Shown: positions 49,319-60,025 of the stretch, piece after piece | Layout: every line of letters begins with the position of its first letter | How positions within the stretch are numbered: position 1 is the stretch's first letter | Assembly (NCBI GenBank): GCA_963675595.2 | Contig: CAXXLZ010000001.1 | Span: 512,001 to 576,000 of the forward strand | DNA from: Thermodesulfobacteriota bacterium | Lineage (GTDB): Bacteria; Desulfobacterota; Desulfarculia; JACQYL01 | Direction of reading: 5' to 3' | Length of the DNA stretch: 64,000 nucleotides | The notes under the pieces: model-generated | The model's database searches: none | The model's input: only the letters and a program-made list of their open reading frames with translations | What the model was told of the DNA's origin: nothing | Made by a program: the position numbers and the translations under genes

Positions 49319-50164
49319 ATGTCGAAGGTCGCTCTGGTCACGGACAGCGCTTGTTGTATCACCCGGGAATGGGCCCGCCGTCACGGCATCCGGGTCATCC
49401 AGAACCATGTGATTCTGGAAGGGGAAAGTTTTCGAGATCACGACTTGGACCTGCAGCAATATTTTCGGTCCCTGCGATCCTCGCGGGAACTGCCCACTAC
49501 GGCCCATCCTTCGTTCGAAGAGGTCCGGCAGGTTTTTGACGAAGAGCTTTCAAACAACGAAGCCGTGGTTTACATTGCCGTGTCCCCGAGTTATACGCGG
49601 CTGCATGACATGGCGCTGAAGGTGAGGGAGACGCACGCCGAGGGGCGAAGGCTTTATGTGTTGAACTCCGCAGCGGCGTCGGGCCAGATGGCGGCGGCGG
49701 TGCTGTATACGGCACGGAATAGGGCGATGCAGTGCGACGCCGACCGATTGGCGGCCTTCGGCGCCGAAGCCAAAGACAAGGCCAAAGAAATCATAGTGCT
49801 GGATACGCTGAGTTATTTAGCGAGAGGAGGACGGATCGGGCGGGTTCGTTCCCTGCTGGGAATCGCTTTGTCCATCAAGCCCCTTATCGGGCACCGAGAT
49901 GGAGCGGCCGCCCCCTGGGGCAAGGTACGCACACATGCGCAAGGCTTGGAGTTCATTCTCGGAAAAATAAGAGAGCTCGGCCTTACGCCGGAGAAACCTT
50001 TCTTCCTGATCTCGGACGCGGATCAGGAGGAATGGGCGGACCGCGCCGCCGGAGTCCTTGAGAGGGAATATCCTTCGGCCGATATCTTGAGGACTCCCAT
50101 GGCGGCTTCGGCGGGAACTCATATGGGGCCCGGAACCTGGAGCGTTTCCTGGATTACGGCCTGA
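49319..50164 (+). CDS. DegV family fatty-acid-binding protein (FakB-like)
   Basis: VTDS, PTTAHPS, TLSYLARGGRIG, IKPLI, KVRT, THMGPG. Confidence 0.9.
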   Translation: MSKVALVTDSACCITREWARRHGIRVIQNHVILEGESFRDHDLDLQQYFRSLRSSRELPTTAHPSFEEVRQVFDEELSNNEAVVYIAVSPSYTRLHDMALKVRETHAEGRRLYVLNSAAASGQMAAAVLYTARNRAMQCDADRLAAFGAEAKDKAKEIIVLDTLSYLARGGRIGRVRSLLGIALSIKPLIGHRDGAAAPWGKVRTHAQGLEFILGKIRELGLTPEKPFFLISDADQEEWADRAAGVLEREYPSADILRTPMAASAGTHMGPGTWSVSWITA

Positions 50165-50246
50165 AGAAGGGCTTTGGAGGCTGTTCCCGGCGAATGACGA
50201 TGTTCCGAAAACCCGACGGGTCTTTGGATACCATGGATTAGGAGCT

Positions 50247-50816
50247 ATGCGGTTGGGGAAAAGTGAAATGTCGGGCAAAGAGATGGATCGAGGTTGCATC
50301 CTGATCATCGGGGGTGCGAAGAGCGGCAAGAGCCGCTACGCTTTGGACTTGTGCGGTCGTTTTGAGAAGAAGCGAAAAGTGTTTCTCGCGACGGCTCAAG
50401 CGTGGGACGAAGAGATGGAGGAGCGGATCCGGAGACACAAGGAGGAGCGGGGCCCTGATTGGGGGCTGGTGGAGGAACCGCTGAAAGTGGCGGAGGTCAT
50501 CCGGACGACGGATCGGAGCGACACGGTGATCCTTCTTGATTGCATGACCTTGTGGTTGAACAATCTCTTCATGAAGCACGAGAACGATGAGGCCTCGATC
50601 CGGGAAGAGATGGACGGTTTGGCTGCCGTTCTGTCGGAGGTCAAGGGAGTGGTGGTTCTGGTGGCCAATGAAGTGGGCCTGGGAATCGTCCCCGGCGACC
50701 CGTTGTCCAGAAAGTACCGAGATGTGGCGGGCGCCGCGAATCAGGCTCTGGCCGGACTTTCGAGGAAGGTTTTCCTTGTTGCCGCGGGGCTGCCCTTGGC
50801 TCTTAAAGACGAATAG
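50247..50816 (+). CDS. cobU: Adenosylcobinamide kinase / cobinamide-phosphate guanylyltransferase
   Basis: GGAKSGKS, ATA..DEEM..RI..H, DCMTLW, NEVGLGIVP, NQ.LA. Confidence 0.93.
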   Translation: MRLGKSEMSGKEMDRGCILIIGGAKSGKSRYALDLCGRFEKKRKVFLATAQAWDEEMEERIRRHKEERGPDWGLVEEPLKVAEVIRTTDRSDTVILLDCMTLWLNNLFMKHENDEASIREEMDGLAAVLSEVKGVVVLVANEVGLGIVPGDPLSRKYRDVAGAANQALAGLSRKVFLVAAGLPLALKDE

Positions 50817-50854
50817 AAACTTCAGCTGGGAATTGGATTTTTGGGGAGGTCCTG

Positions 50855-51916
50855 ATGGAAACCCGAGTGGAGAATGTGATCGGAGCTTTGCCCTTGCCGG
50901 ACGAGGCATTGCTGGCTTCAGCCCGGAAGCGCCTGGATTCGTTGACCAAACCCAGAGGCAGCTTGGGGCGTCTCGAAGACTTCGCCGCGGAATACGTGGT
51001 GATGCGCAACGATCTCAATGCACGGGTTTCGCGGAAAGCCGTGGTGGTGTTCGCTTCGGACCACGGAGTGGTGGAGGAAGGGGTAAGCGCTTATCCGAAG
51101 GATGTTACCTATCAGATGGTTCTGAATTTTCTGGCCGGCGGGGCCGCAATTAATGTGATCTCGAAACATACGTCCACGGAAGTGCTGATTGTGGACATCG
51201 GCGTGGATTACGATTTCGGGCACGTTCCCGGCCTGCTTCACGCAAAGGTGGCGAAAGGGACGCGGAATATGGCCCGAGGTCCGGCCATGGATCGTGAAAC
51301 CGCCCTTCGGGCTATGAATGAAGGGTATCGGATTGCGTGCGAACTCGCCGATCAGGGGGTCGACCTGATGGCTCCCGGCGAGATGGGAATCGGGAATACT
51401 ACGGCCTCGAGCGCGCTGGCCGCCGTGTTTACCGGTCGGTCCGTGGAGGAAGTGACCGGCATGGGTACGGGAATCGACGATGACACGCATCGACACAAAA
51501 TCGACGTCATTCGACGGGTCATCGAGGTGAACCGGCCGGACCCCGCTGATGCCATGGATGTTCTATCCAAAGTGGGCGGACTCGAGATCGCCGGTATCGC
51601 AGGTTTGATTTTGGGCGCCGCGAGTCGTCGGATACCCGTGGTTCTGGACGGGTTGATTTCCACCGCCGGCGGGCTGGCGGCTTTCGAGTTCGACCGCGGA
51701 GTGCGCAATTTTCTGTTCGCCGCCCATCGTTCCGTGGAAGTCGGCCACGCGGTGATGCTTGAACGGATGGGGTTGGTTCCCTTCGTCGATCTTTCCATGA
51801 GACTTGGAGAGGGCACGGGTGCGGCCATCGGGATGGACATGGTGCAGTTGGGAATGGAACTCTTCCATGGAATGGCCTCCTTTGACTCCGCGGGTGTGAG
51901 CGACAAGGAAGAGTGA
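50855..51916 (+). CDS. cobT: Nicotinate-nucleotide--dimethylbenzimidazole phosphoribosyltransferase
   Basis: LTKPRGSLGRLE, DHGV, GGAAIN, GEMGIGNTT, GGLEIAG, MRLGEGTGA. Confidence 0.96.
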   Translation: METRVENVIGALPLPDEALLASARKRLDSLTKPRGSLGRLEDFAAEYVVMRNDLNARVSRKAVVVFASDHGVVEEGVSAYPKDVTYQMVLNFLAGGAAINVISKHTSTEVLIVDIGVDYDFGHVPGLLHAKVAKGTRNMARGPAMDRETALRAMNEGYRIACELADQGVDLMAPGEMGIGNTTASSALAAVFTGRSVEEVTGMGTGIDDDTHRHKIDVIRRVIEVNRPDPADAMDVLSKVGGLEIAGIAGLILGAASRRIPVVLDGLISTAGGLAAFEFDRGVRNFLFAAHRSVEVGHAVMLERMGLVPFVDLSMRLGEGTGAAIGMDMVQLGMELFHGMASFDSAGVSDKEE

Positions 51917-52677
51917 TCGTGCGTATACTTCGTCGATTCGTATTGGCTCTTCAGTTTTTGAGCGTGATCCAGGTCTGGGGTCGGGTGCAGGCGGAGGACG
52001 CGGACCTGCCCGCCTCCATGACCTATTACCCCCTGGTGGGCCTGATACTGGGTGCGGCCACGGCGTGGGTGCACCAAGGAGCTCTTAAAGTCTGGCCTCC
52101 TTTTGTGTGCGATCTGACGGCGCTTCTCTTCATGGTGGTGCTCACGCGGGCTCTGCACCTTGACGGACTGGCCGACACCTTGGACGGGATTTTGGGATCC
52201 CATCGTGCCGAGCGCTCCTTGGAAATCATGAAGGACAGCAGCTTGGGCACGTTCGGCGTCACGGGCGTGGTCTGCATCATGCTGTGGAAGTTCGCGGCAC
52301 TCACCGCGGTACCGATGAACATCAAGTTTGACACCCTGCTGCTTATGCCCGTGTTGGGTCGTCACACCATGATTCAGATGGCGTGGCTTTCACCTTACGC
52401 CAGAAGCTCCGGGGGGCTGGGCAAAATCTTCGTCGACGGACTGACCTGGAAACACTATGTTCCGGCCGGGTTGTTCACACTGTTGGTCTGTTTCTGGGCT
52501 GCCGACGTAGCGGGAGTCATGCTGTTCGCGGCAATATGGGGGCTGGGGATCCTGGAGATGCTTCTCTTCAAGAGTCGACTCGGAGGCGTGACCGGGGACG
52601 TCCTCGGTGGATCGGCCGAATTCAACGAGGCCGTAATCCTGATGATCCTGGCCGCCGTGGGCTTCGGGCACCCCTGA
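51913..52677 (+). CDS. cobS: Adenosylcobinamide-GDP ribazoletransferase
   Basis: LHLDGLADTLDG, IMKDS..GTFGV, GGVTGDVLG. Confidence 0.95.
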   Translation: MIVRILRRFVLALQFLSVIQVWGRVQAEDADLPASMTYYPLVGLILGAATAWVHQGALKVWPPFVCDLTALLFMVVLTRALHLDGLADTLDGILGSHRAERSLEIMKDSSLGTFGVTGVVCIMLWKFAALTAVPMNIKFDTLLLMPVLGRHTMIQMAWLSPYARSSGGLGKIFVDGLTWKHYVPAGLFTLLVCFWAADVAGVMLFAAIWGLGILEMLLFKSRLGGVTGDVLGGSAEFNEAVILMILAAVGFGHP

Positions 52678-52796
52678 GAAAGGAACCGGGTACCGAGGAG
52701 GCGGAAAGGAATTGGGTCTTGCAAACAGCCCTTTTCCGTTCTACACTGCATAAATTCAAAAACTCGAAAAGATACGAGGGGTTCTAGGTTCTTCGC

Positions 52797-53381
52797 ATGG
52801 ATGGATTTCGGTTGTTCCCTCAGGAAAGACTATATGTCGACTATCCGGATTGGATATGGTTTTCCGGCATCATGAGCATAGCAGGCAGCGTCGTATCCGG
52901 CTGCATGATGTTGTACTTGATTTCCATAGATGCTTCCGCTTTGCTGATCTTGTTTTACTTCGTCATGTCGATCGTTCTCCCGCTTTGCGGACACGGATTG
53001 CTCAATTTAAAGAAATGGGCCAAGTCGTCCACGCTGTTGGCGGGCGTGGCGGTGGTGGTCATTACTCTGATTTCGGGAGTCCACCGGGTGGCCTTCGCAG
53101 ATATCCAGAGTATTCCGCCTCCCTCTCCGGGTTTGGTGGATAAGCTGGTGGTCTACGGGTGGATTCTGGCTAACGTGTATATCGTCTCGAGAATTCTCAT
53201 GGACCGAGGCGAGCAGTCTCTGTTCAATCTGCCCAGACCTTCGAGGCCGGATCAGGGGACCTTTTCGTTGGGAGGCCCGATCTACTATTATGTCTTTGTT
53301 TTCCTCTGGTTCGGATTGTTGCTCGCCGCATTCCTGCATCATGTCGGAGCCGTTTCCTTGCCCCTGTGGTCCTTTGCGTGA
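52797..53381 (+). CDS. Hypothetical membrane protein
   Basis: About five hydrophobic segments; fills the intergenic space on the operon strand. Confidence 0.6.
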   Translation: MDGFRLFPQERLYVDYPDWIWFSGIMSIAGSVVSGCMMLYLISIDASALLILFYFVMSIVLPLCGHGLLNLKKWAKSSTLLAGVAVVVITLISGVHRVAFADIQSIPPPSPGLVDKLVVYGWILANVYIVSRILMDRGEQSLFNLPRPSRPDQGTFSLGGPIYYYVFVFLWFGLLLAAFLHHVGAVSLPLWSFA

Positions 53382-53495
53382 GCCCTCCCGAGTGAGCGCG
53401 GACCTGCGAACCGAATTCCAGCAGGAGGCCGGGCACCGAATGCCGCCGGAAAACCACCGGAAATTTTCCAGTACAAACCCGAGGAGCGTGGTCTT

Positions 53496-54203
53496 TTGAC
53501 AATCCGAAGCTTGCACCGGTTGCACAGGAGAGTATTCCCCGCTACGATCGTTTTGGCCCTGGCTTTCCTGGTTTTTTTCAGGGCCGAGCCGGGCTGGGCC
53601 CAATACAAGCTGTATGTGACCGACCAGTTCCAGGTGACCTGCAGGAACGGTCCGGGTACGGAGTACCGAATCATCAAGATGCTCGGCTCCGGTGATCGGG
53701 TCGAGTTTCTTTCAGAGGCGGAGGGATGGACTCAGGTTCGCCTCAATGACGGCAAGGTGGGATGGGTGCTCACACGGTGGTTGGTGCGTGAAGAGCCCGC
53801 TTCTTTGGCCGCGGAGAGGTTCAAGAGGCAAAACAAGACCCTGAAGGAAGCCGCCGACGAGTGTGAACGACAACTCGAAGCGGTACAGACGGAAAACCGT
53901 AATCTGAGTTCCGAATTGGAGGGAGTGGCGTCTTTTAATCAGACGCTGAAATCCGATTACGCCACGCTCAGTGAAGAGTGCAAAGACTTCATCAGCCTGA
54001 AGGAGAGCCACGAGGCGGTGAGCGCACGCTACACACAGCTGGAGAAAGAATACAGCCGAGTGAAGTTGGAGCGTGACCAGTCGTTTAGAAGGCATCTCTG
54101 GATGGTGTACGGTGCCGGCATTTTCATTTTTGGGCTGTTGGTCGGGGCCCTTTCACGTAGAATGCGTTCCACCAAGAGGCGCGGAACCTATTTAAGAATG
54201 TAG
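53496..54203 (+). CDS. SH3-domain protein (TIGR04211/YgiM-like) with coiled coil and C-terminal anchor
   Basis: YVTD..RNGPGTEYRII..GW..V..GKVGWV; coiled coil; C-terminal TM. Confidence 0.85.
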   Translation: MTIRSLHRLHRRVFPATIVLALAFLVFFRAEPGWAQYKLYVTDQFQVTCRNGPGTEYRIIKMLGSGDRVEFLSEAEGWTQVRLNDGKVGWVLTRWLVREEPASLAAERFKRQNKTLKEAADECERQLEAVQTENRNLSSELEGVASFNQTLKSDYATLSEECKDFISLKESHEAVSARYTQLEKEYSRVKLERDQSFRRHLWMVYGAGIFIFGLLVGALSRRMRSTKRRGTYLRM

Positions 54204-54223
54204 GACGGGGTGACGTTACGAAG

Positions 54224-55654
54224 ATGGCGGGAAATCGAGACAAGAAAGAACTCAAAGCGATCAAGGACAAGCTCTTTCTGAAACCCGGACTCGTGTGGGA
54301 TTCCCTGAACGAGAAAGAGAAGAAGGAAGCCTTCGATTTAGGGGAACGATACAAGCGGTTTCTGACGGACTCGAAAACGGAGCGTGAGGCGGTTAAGGAA
54401 ATAGTCTCTTTTGCCGAATCCCGCGGATTCAAGACGTTGGACAAACCGGGTCGCCACCGAAAGGTGTATGCCGTCTACAAACGGAAGATGGTTGCTTTGG
54501 CGATTTTGGGCAAAGAGCCGCTCAGAAAGGGGCTTCGCATCATATCCGCCCATGTGGATTGCCCTCGTTTGGACCTCAAACAGAATCCTCTTTATGAGGA
54601 TCTGGATATGGCCTTCCTCAAAACCCACTACTATGGCGGGATTAAGAAATATCAATGGGTTGCTCGTCCCCTTGCCGTCCACGGGAAGGTCATTCTCGTG
54701 GACGGCCGAGAAGTGGATTTGGTGATCGGAGAGAATCCCGGGGACCCCGTTTTTATCGTGAACGATCTGTTGCCTCACCTTTCCCACAAAGTCCAGGCGG
54801 ACAAGAAGATGGGAGAGGTGGTCATCGGCGAGAAACTGAACGTTCTGGTGGGTGCGTTGCCTTACCCGAACCGTGATGCGGACGAGCGATTCAAATTCGC
54901 GGTGTTGGATTATTTGAACAAGACTTACGGCATCACGGAAAGCGACTTAGTGTCCGCCGAAATCGAGGTCGTGCCCGCAGGCCCCGCTGTGGACGTAGGT
55001 TTGGACAGAAGCCTCGTGGGGGGTTACGGACAGGACGACAGAGCAAGCGCTTTCAGCGCGTTGTCCGCCATGGGCGATTTGCAGAATCCTGAAACGACTT
55101 GCGTGGCCTTGTTCGTGGATAAGGAAGAAGTCGGGAGTGAGGGCCCCACGGGCGCCAAGAGCCGGTTTTTTGAGAACTTCGTTATGAAGCTGTTCGCAAA
55201 GGCGAATGAAACTCTCAACGTGGGCGCGCTGGAGGAGGCGTTGTTGAACTCCATGGCCGTTTCCGCGGACGTGAGCGCCGCAATGGACCCGAATTGGGCC
55301 GAAGTCCACGAAAAAAGAAACGCCGCCCGACTGGGCTATGGGGTCAGCCTGATCAAATTCACGGGAGTTGCCGGCAAGGTGGCCTCCAATGATGCCAATG
55401 CCGAGTACCTGGGTTGGATGCGCAAAGTTTTTGCAGACTCGGGCGTGATGTGGCATTCCTGTGAATTGGGCAAAGTAGACGAAGGAGGAGGCGGTACCAT
55501 TGCCAAGTTCCTTGCCGAGCACGGCATGGAAGTGGTGGACATGGGAATACCGGTCCTCTCGATGCATTCTCCCTTCGAAATCTCCCATAAGGGAGATCAA
55601 TACATGGCCTACAAGGCCTTCAAGGCGTTTTTCACCGCCAAAGCGCCCTCTTAA
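54224..55654 (+). CDS. M18 family aminopeptidase
   Basis: AHVDCPRLDLK, THYYGGIKKYQW, GQDDR, DKEEVGS, GGGGTIA, SMHSP. Confidence 0.93.
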   Translation: MAGNRDKKELKAIKDKLFLKPGLVWDSLNEKEKKEAFDLGERYKRFLTDSKTEREAVKEIVSFAESRGFKTLDKPGRHRKVYAVYKRKMVALAILGKEPLRKGLRIISAHVDCPRLDLKQNPLYEDLDMAFLKTHYYGGIKKYQWVARPLAVHGKVILVDGREVDLVIGENPGDPVFIVNDLLPHLSHKVQADKKMGEVVIGEKLNVLVGALPYPNRDADERFKFAVLDYLNKTYGITESDLVSAEIEVVPAGPAVDVGLDRSLVGGYGQDDRASAFSALSAMGDLQNPETTCVALFVDKEEVGSEGPTGAKSRFFENFVMKLFAKANETLNVGALEEALLNSMAVSADVSAAMDPNWAEVHEKRNAARLGYGVSLIKFTGVAGKVASNDANAEYLGWMRKVFADSGVMWHSCELGKVDEGGGGTIAKFLAEHGMEVVDMGIPVLSMHSPFEISHKGDQYMAYKAFKAFFTAKAPS

Positions 55655-55756
55655 CAGGCCGACGCCCATCGAGTGGTGTCGCCCTTTTCCTTCTGCGAGG
55701 AACTCCCGCCCAAGGTTTCGGCCTCAATTCTCTCACTCGGTCCGGCATAGTTCGTG

Positions 55757-56527
55757 TCAGAGTCGGACCGTGGCGAACACCGGAAAATGGTCCGATGGAT
55801 ATCTTTCGTCGTAGGTATTTTCGATAATCTTGATATCCAGGACCTGAACCCGCCCTTTTAGAAGTATCCAGTCGATCCTTCCACGATCCCCGATGCCGGT
55901 GAAACCATGCCAAGTCGACTTCTCGGACTTTTTCGATTCCGTCCAAGCGTCGCGGAAGCCGGCCTGCGGTCCCGTGAGGTTCACATAAGGAGCGGAGCCG
56001 GGGACGTCGTTAAAGTCCCCCATAAGCAGGACCGGAGTATCTTCAGGTATCCGTTTGGTCAATTCGTCCAGCAGTGTCCGGGATTGGCCGAATCTTGCCG
56101 GAGCACTCAAGTGGTCGAGGTGGGTGACACAGCAGAAGAGACGTTTGGTTTCTTCCGTGGACTCGAGAAGAGCCCAAGTCGCGAGTCTCGGAAAAGCGCT
56201 GTTCCAGCTTTTGCTTGCATGGCGGAGGGGGGTTTCGGAAAGCCAGAAATCTCCGCCGTCCGTGACCCGGAAACTTCCCGCTCGGTAGAAAAGACACGGG
56301 TACATTCGCTCGGGGTCCCAGTCCCTGTGGTCCTCCGCGGAACTATAGTCGGGGACGAGTTCCTGCAACTGCCGGATCTGGGGCCGGCGACCTTCCTGCG
56401 TTCCAAACAGGTCGGGGAGGTATTCTTCTATAAGACGCGCCGTACGGTGTTTTCTGAAGGGCCAGTTATCCTCGCCGTCTTCCGAGGTTTCACGCCGCAG
56501 GTTGATTGTGAGCACGCTGAGAATCAT
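55757..56527 (-). CDS. Endonuclease/exonuclease/phosphatase family protein
   Basis: TINLR, GTQE, FWLSETP, THLDH, MGDFN, IDWI, SDHFPV. Confidence 0.9.
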   Translation of the reverse strand: MILSVLTINLRRETSEDGEDNWPFRKHRTARLIEEYLPDLFGTQEGRRPQIRQLQELVPDYSSAEDHRDWDPERMYPCLFYRAGSFRVTDGGDFWLSETPLRHASKSWNSAFPRLATWALLESTEETKRLFCCVTHLDHLSAPARFGQSRTLLDELTKRIPEDTPVLLMGDFNDVPGSAPYVNLTGPQAGFRDAWTESKKSEKSTWHGFTGIGDRGRIDWILLKGRVQVLDIKIIENTYDERYPSDHFPVFATVRL

Positions 56528-56671
56528 CGCTCTTCGCTAAGAACTGGGGTGGTTTCGCACTGAGTAGAAGTGTCGCGCTCAATTGGAGGCGCCGAATTGG
56601 ACGCTCTTCCGGAGATCGCCCCGCGTGTCGGCCCAAAGGCGAGCTTGAATCTCCCGCCTTTGAGCGTTGGG

Positions 56672-56938
56672 TTATTCGATAATATAGTCCCTTAATGCCT
56701 TGTGAGACCACACGGCCAATGGGCCGGTCTGCCCCGTCAGCGGGTCGACTCTATGACGATAAGAGGCATGAACTTGGTTCTGCTCAAGCATCCAGTTCCA
56801 TCCACGGACGAAATAGGGACATTCATCATTAAAACAAACGAACTGATATTCTCCCTCCCACGTCGTGGCGTCGGGGACCGCCCATTTCGTCATTTCCTCA
56901 CCGCAATGCGGGCATTTCGGGATTACGTTTCCGGTCAT
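56672..56938 (-). CDS. Small zinc-ribbon protein
   Basis: CPHC...CFNDEC; GGAGG RBS. Confidence 0.75.
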   Translation of the reverse strand: MTGNVIPKCPHCGEEMTKWAVPDATTWEGEYQFVCFNDECPYFVRGWNWMLEQNQVHASYRHRVDPLTGQTGPLAVWSHKALRDYIIE

Positions 56939-57266
56939 TTATACCTCCCTCGCGAGCGCATGCGATGCGTCGCTGTTTTTCTTTTGAGTGGGTCTTTTCA
57001 CAGATGTTAAATTTCTCGCCGGGGATTGTCAATTTTCTCGCTTTGAAATGTGGTAAGGTTGGAGAGCGTCTCGAGACGTTTTTCCTTTTTGTCGGAATGG
57101 AGGCCGTTCCCGGCGCCGCCGCGAAGTCGCGCGGTCCCATCTTTTCCGGCACTTTTCCGTTCGGATGATTGCCGCCGGCACCGATTCCGAATCCATCTCG
57201 TAATCGACCTGCGGCCGGCGGGGTTCAAGCAACGCAAAGGCGATTAAGTCGACATTTGGAGAATCC

Positions 57267-57791
57267 ATGAGTTTTGAGTCTCTTAAAGCATTCGTCCTGC
57301 AGGGAATCGCGGCGGCCGGCCTGAACCGAGCCGTCATGCGGGGGCTCGCGGCAGACCACGGTCTGCAGGGAGCGGCCCTTCTGGTTGTGGCGATCGGCGG
57401 CGCCTTGTCCGCCGTCGGTCATATGAATCCGATGGGCGTGTTGTACTACCCCTTCGTATCATTGTTGCTGTTTCTTCTCAACGTGGCTGCACTGCATTTG
57501 ATGGCGGGTGTGTTCTTCAAGGGCAAGGGAACGTACAATGGACTTATGATCGTGCTCGGTGCCGCATCCGTCGTTAACTGGGTGGCGGTAATCCCTCTCT
57601 TGGGCTCGATTTTAGGTTTCGCGGCATCTCTTTGGTTCCTGGTTGTCGGCGTGGCGGCCGTTGAGGAGCTTTACCGTCTGGACCGGATGCGGGCGGTGCT
57701 TTCCGTGATCGTCCCCATCATAGCGGTGTCTTTTCTTCTTGTGCTTTTCGGGCTGGCCGGAGTTCCGATCTGGAACGGCGGTCGAATGTGA
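57267..57791 (+). CDS. YIP1-family membrane protein
   Basis: H..A..F.GKG.Y, IPLLG, AVEELYRL..RA pattern. Confidence 0.7.
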   Translation: MSFESLKAFVLQGIAAAGLNRAVMRGLAADHGLQGAALLVVAIGGALSAVGHMNPMGVLYYPFVSLLLFLLNVAALHLMAGVFFKGKGTYNGLMIVLGAASVVNWVAVIPLLGSILGFAASLWFLVVGVAAVEELYRLDRMRAVLSVIVPIIAVSFLLVLFGLAGVPIWNGGRM

Positions 57792-57798
57792 GACAGTG

Positions 57799-57922
57799 GC
57801 AGGCTGTTGAAGAACGCAATTTGCGGAGTTGCGCTTTGTCCCTCGTCACTGGGGCTTACTATGTGTAAGGCGTATTCTTCGAGCAGCACGCGCCCGCACG
57901 ACATCGTTTTTCAACGAGCTGC
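57799..57922 (+). repeat. Family-2 MITE/REP-like element (full length)
   Basis: GCAGGCTGTTGAAGAACG..GTTGCGC..CGTCACTG..CGTTTTTCAACGAGCTGC. Confidence 0.75.
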
Positions 57923-58134
57923 GGCGAGGGAGCAATTTCAACGCTCTACGAAATGGGAGGGGAGGGCGATCTCGCGTTCCGCAGATCGTCCAATGCCGTA
58001 CTCGACAGGTCGCAGGCTCCTTGCAAGGACATAGGCCGGGTCCGTCACGCCTCCGAGATTCGTTACGAAAGTGTTTGAGCCGATCCTGGTGAATTTGTAT
58101 AACGGGATCAAAATGATGAGGATGGAGGGAATTC

Positions 58135-58626
58135 ATGGCCGAAGGCAAGCAGGTATCGGTGATCTTGAAGAACGAACCGGGTGAATTGGCTCGCTTGAGC
58201 GAGATATTCGAGAGGAATCACATTAATATCCTCGCAATCAGCATACAGAACGCAAAGAATTTCCTGATGGAATTGTTTCGAGCCAGGGAAAAGACCGGCC
58301 GCAGAATTACTATGGCGGATCATTATCGAGGGATTCTCAGAGAAACCGCTTCTTACTCACTCATACGTCTCCTCGTTGATCGACCCGACGAAGCGGAGGA
58401 AGAGCTGCTTTCCAACGGTTATGCCACGGATTCGTCCAAAGTGCTCGTCCTCGCCATGGACAATCGGCCGGGAATTCTTGGAAAAATGGCCAGGCAACTG
58501 GCCCTCGAGAACATTAATATAGATTACGTATACGGTTCAGCCATGGACGATGCCGAACGATCGATTTTTGTGTTCCATGTGGACGAAAACGATTGGGAGC
58601 GGGCTTCTACGGTATTTTCGGACTAA
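58135..58626 (+). CDS. Tandem ACT-domain protein
   Basis: [20 protein letters not shown] and [16 protein letters not shown]. Confidence 0.85.
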   Translation: MAEGKQVSVILKNEPGELARLSEIFERNHINILAISIQNAKNFLMELFRAREKTGRRITMADHYRGILRETASYSLIRLLVDRPDEAEEELLSNGYATDSSKVLVLAMDNRPGILGKMARQLALENINIDYVYGSAMDDAERSIFVFHVDENDWERASTVFSD

Positions 58627-58627
58627 C

Positions 58628-60025
58628 ATGATGAAGTCGACCACGACGAGGGTGGCTGAAATCCTGACGGGAACATTCCCCGAGGGTGAGGTGCGCGTCA
58701 AGGGCTGGGTACGGACGCGAAGGGATTCAAAGGGGGGCTTTTCTTTTATTGAGTTGAATGACGGCTCGTGTCTCAAGAGCGTCCAGGTAGTGGCGGACGG
58801 AGGTTTGGACAATTACGATTCGGAAGTCCTCAAGCTGACCACGGGCTGCTGCGTCGACGTGCGGGGCACGGTGGTGGCATCGCCCGGAAAAGGACAATCC
58901 CTTGAGATAATAGCGAAGCAGCTGCATGTTCTCGGCTGGGCCGATCCTGAAACCTACCCGCTTCAGAAGAAACGCCATTCTTATGAATACCTCAGGGGGG
59001 TCGCCCATCTAAGAGCACGGACCAATACTTTTGGCGCCGTGGCACGAATCCGAAGCGTCTTAAGCGATGCCTGTCACCAATTCTTTCAAGAAAGAGGTTT
59101 CGTGCTTCTTCACACTCCCATCATCACGGGGAGCGACTGCGAGGGGGCCGGAGCCATGTTTCGCGTTACCACCTCGAACGCGGAGGTTTCTCCCGGGGTG
59201 GGCCCGTCGGTGGAGGCCGAAGACTTTTTCGGGAAATCGGCCTACCTTACAGTGAGCGGTCAATTGGAGGCCGAGACCTATGCCATGGCACTGGGCCGCG
59301 TTTATACCTTCGGGCCGACTTTCCGTGCCGAGAATTCCAACACTTCGCGCCACTTGGCCGAATTCTGGATGGTCGAGCCCGAGATGGCTTTCTTCGATTT
59401 ATCGGACGACGCGGACCTCGCCGAGGCTTTTGTCAAACATTTGGCGGGGGCCGTATTGGAGCGGTGTTCGGACGATCTCGACCTGTTCCGACGGTTTGTG
59501 CAGTCGTCGCATACGCCGGATCTCCGGATCATGGTGGATGAACCCTTCGAGCGGATCACGTATACCGAAGCGGTGGACCTGCTGTTGAAGTCCGGGGAGC
59601 GTTTTGACACACCGGTGGAATGGGGGACCGACCTACAGTCGGAGCACGAACGGTACCTTGCGGAGACGGTCTTCAAAAGGCCTCTGATTCTCACGGACTA
59701 TCCCAAGGACATCAAACCGTTCTATATGAGGGTGAACGACGATGGGCGAACGGTTGCGGCCATGGACGTCCTGGTGGCCGGAATAGGTGAAATCATCGGA
59801 GGAGGACAGCGAGAGGAAAGGTATGACGTGCTCGTAAATCGAATGAAGGAACTGGGGATGGAACTCGAACCCTATTGGTGGTACCTGGACCTTCGGTCTT
59901 ACGGTACTGCTCCGCATGCGGGTTTCGGCTTGGGCTTCGATCGGATGGTCCAGTTCGTCACAGGTATGGCCAACATCCGGGACGTGATCCCTTTTCCCCG
60001 GACACCGGGAAACGTGGAGTTTTAG
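58628..60025 (+). CDS. asnS: Asparagine--tRNA ligase
   Basis: [57 protein letters not shown]. Confidence 0.97.
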   Translation: MMKSTTTRVAEILTGTFPEGEVRVKGWVRTRRDSKGGFSFIELNDGSCLKSVQVVADGGLDNYDSEVLKLTTGCCVDVRGTVVASPGKGQSLEIIAKQLHVLGWADPETYPLQKKRHSYEYLRGVAHLRARTNTFGAVARIRSVLSDACHQFFQERGFVLLHTPIITGSDCEGAGAMFRVTTSNAEVSPGVGPSVEAEDFFGKSAYLTVSGQLEAETYAMALGRVYTFGPTFRAENSNTSRHLAEFWMVEPEMAFFDLSDDADLAEAFVKHLAGAVLERCSDDLDLFRRFVQSSHTPDLRIMVDEPFERITYTEAVDLLLKSGERFDTPVEWGTDLQSEHERYLAETVFKRPLILTDYPKDIKPFYMRVNDDGRTVAAMDVLVAGIGEIIGGGQREERYDVLVNRMKELGMELEPYWWYLDLRSYGTAPHAGFGLGFDRMVQFVTGMANIRDVIPFPRTPGNVEF

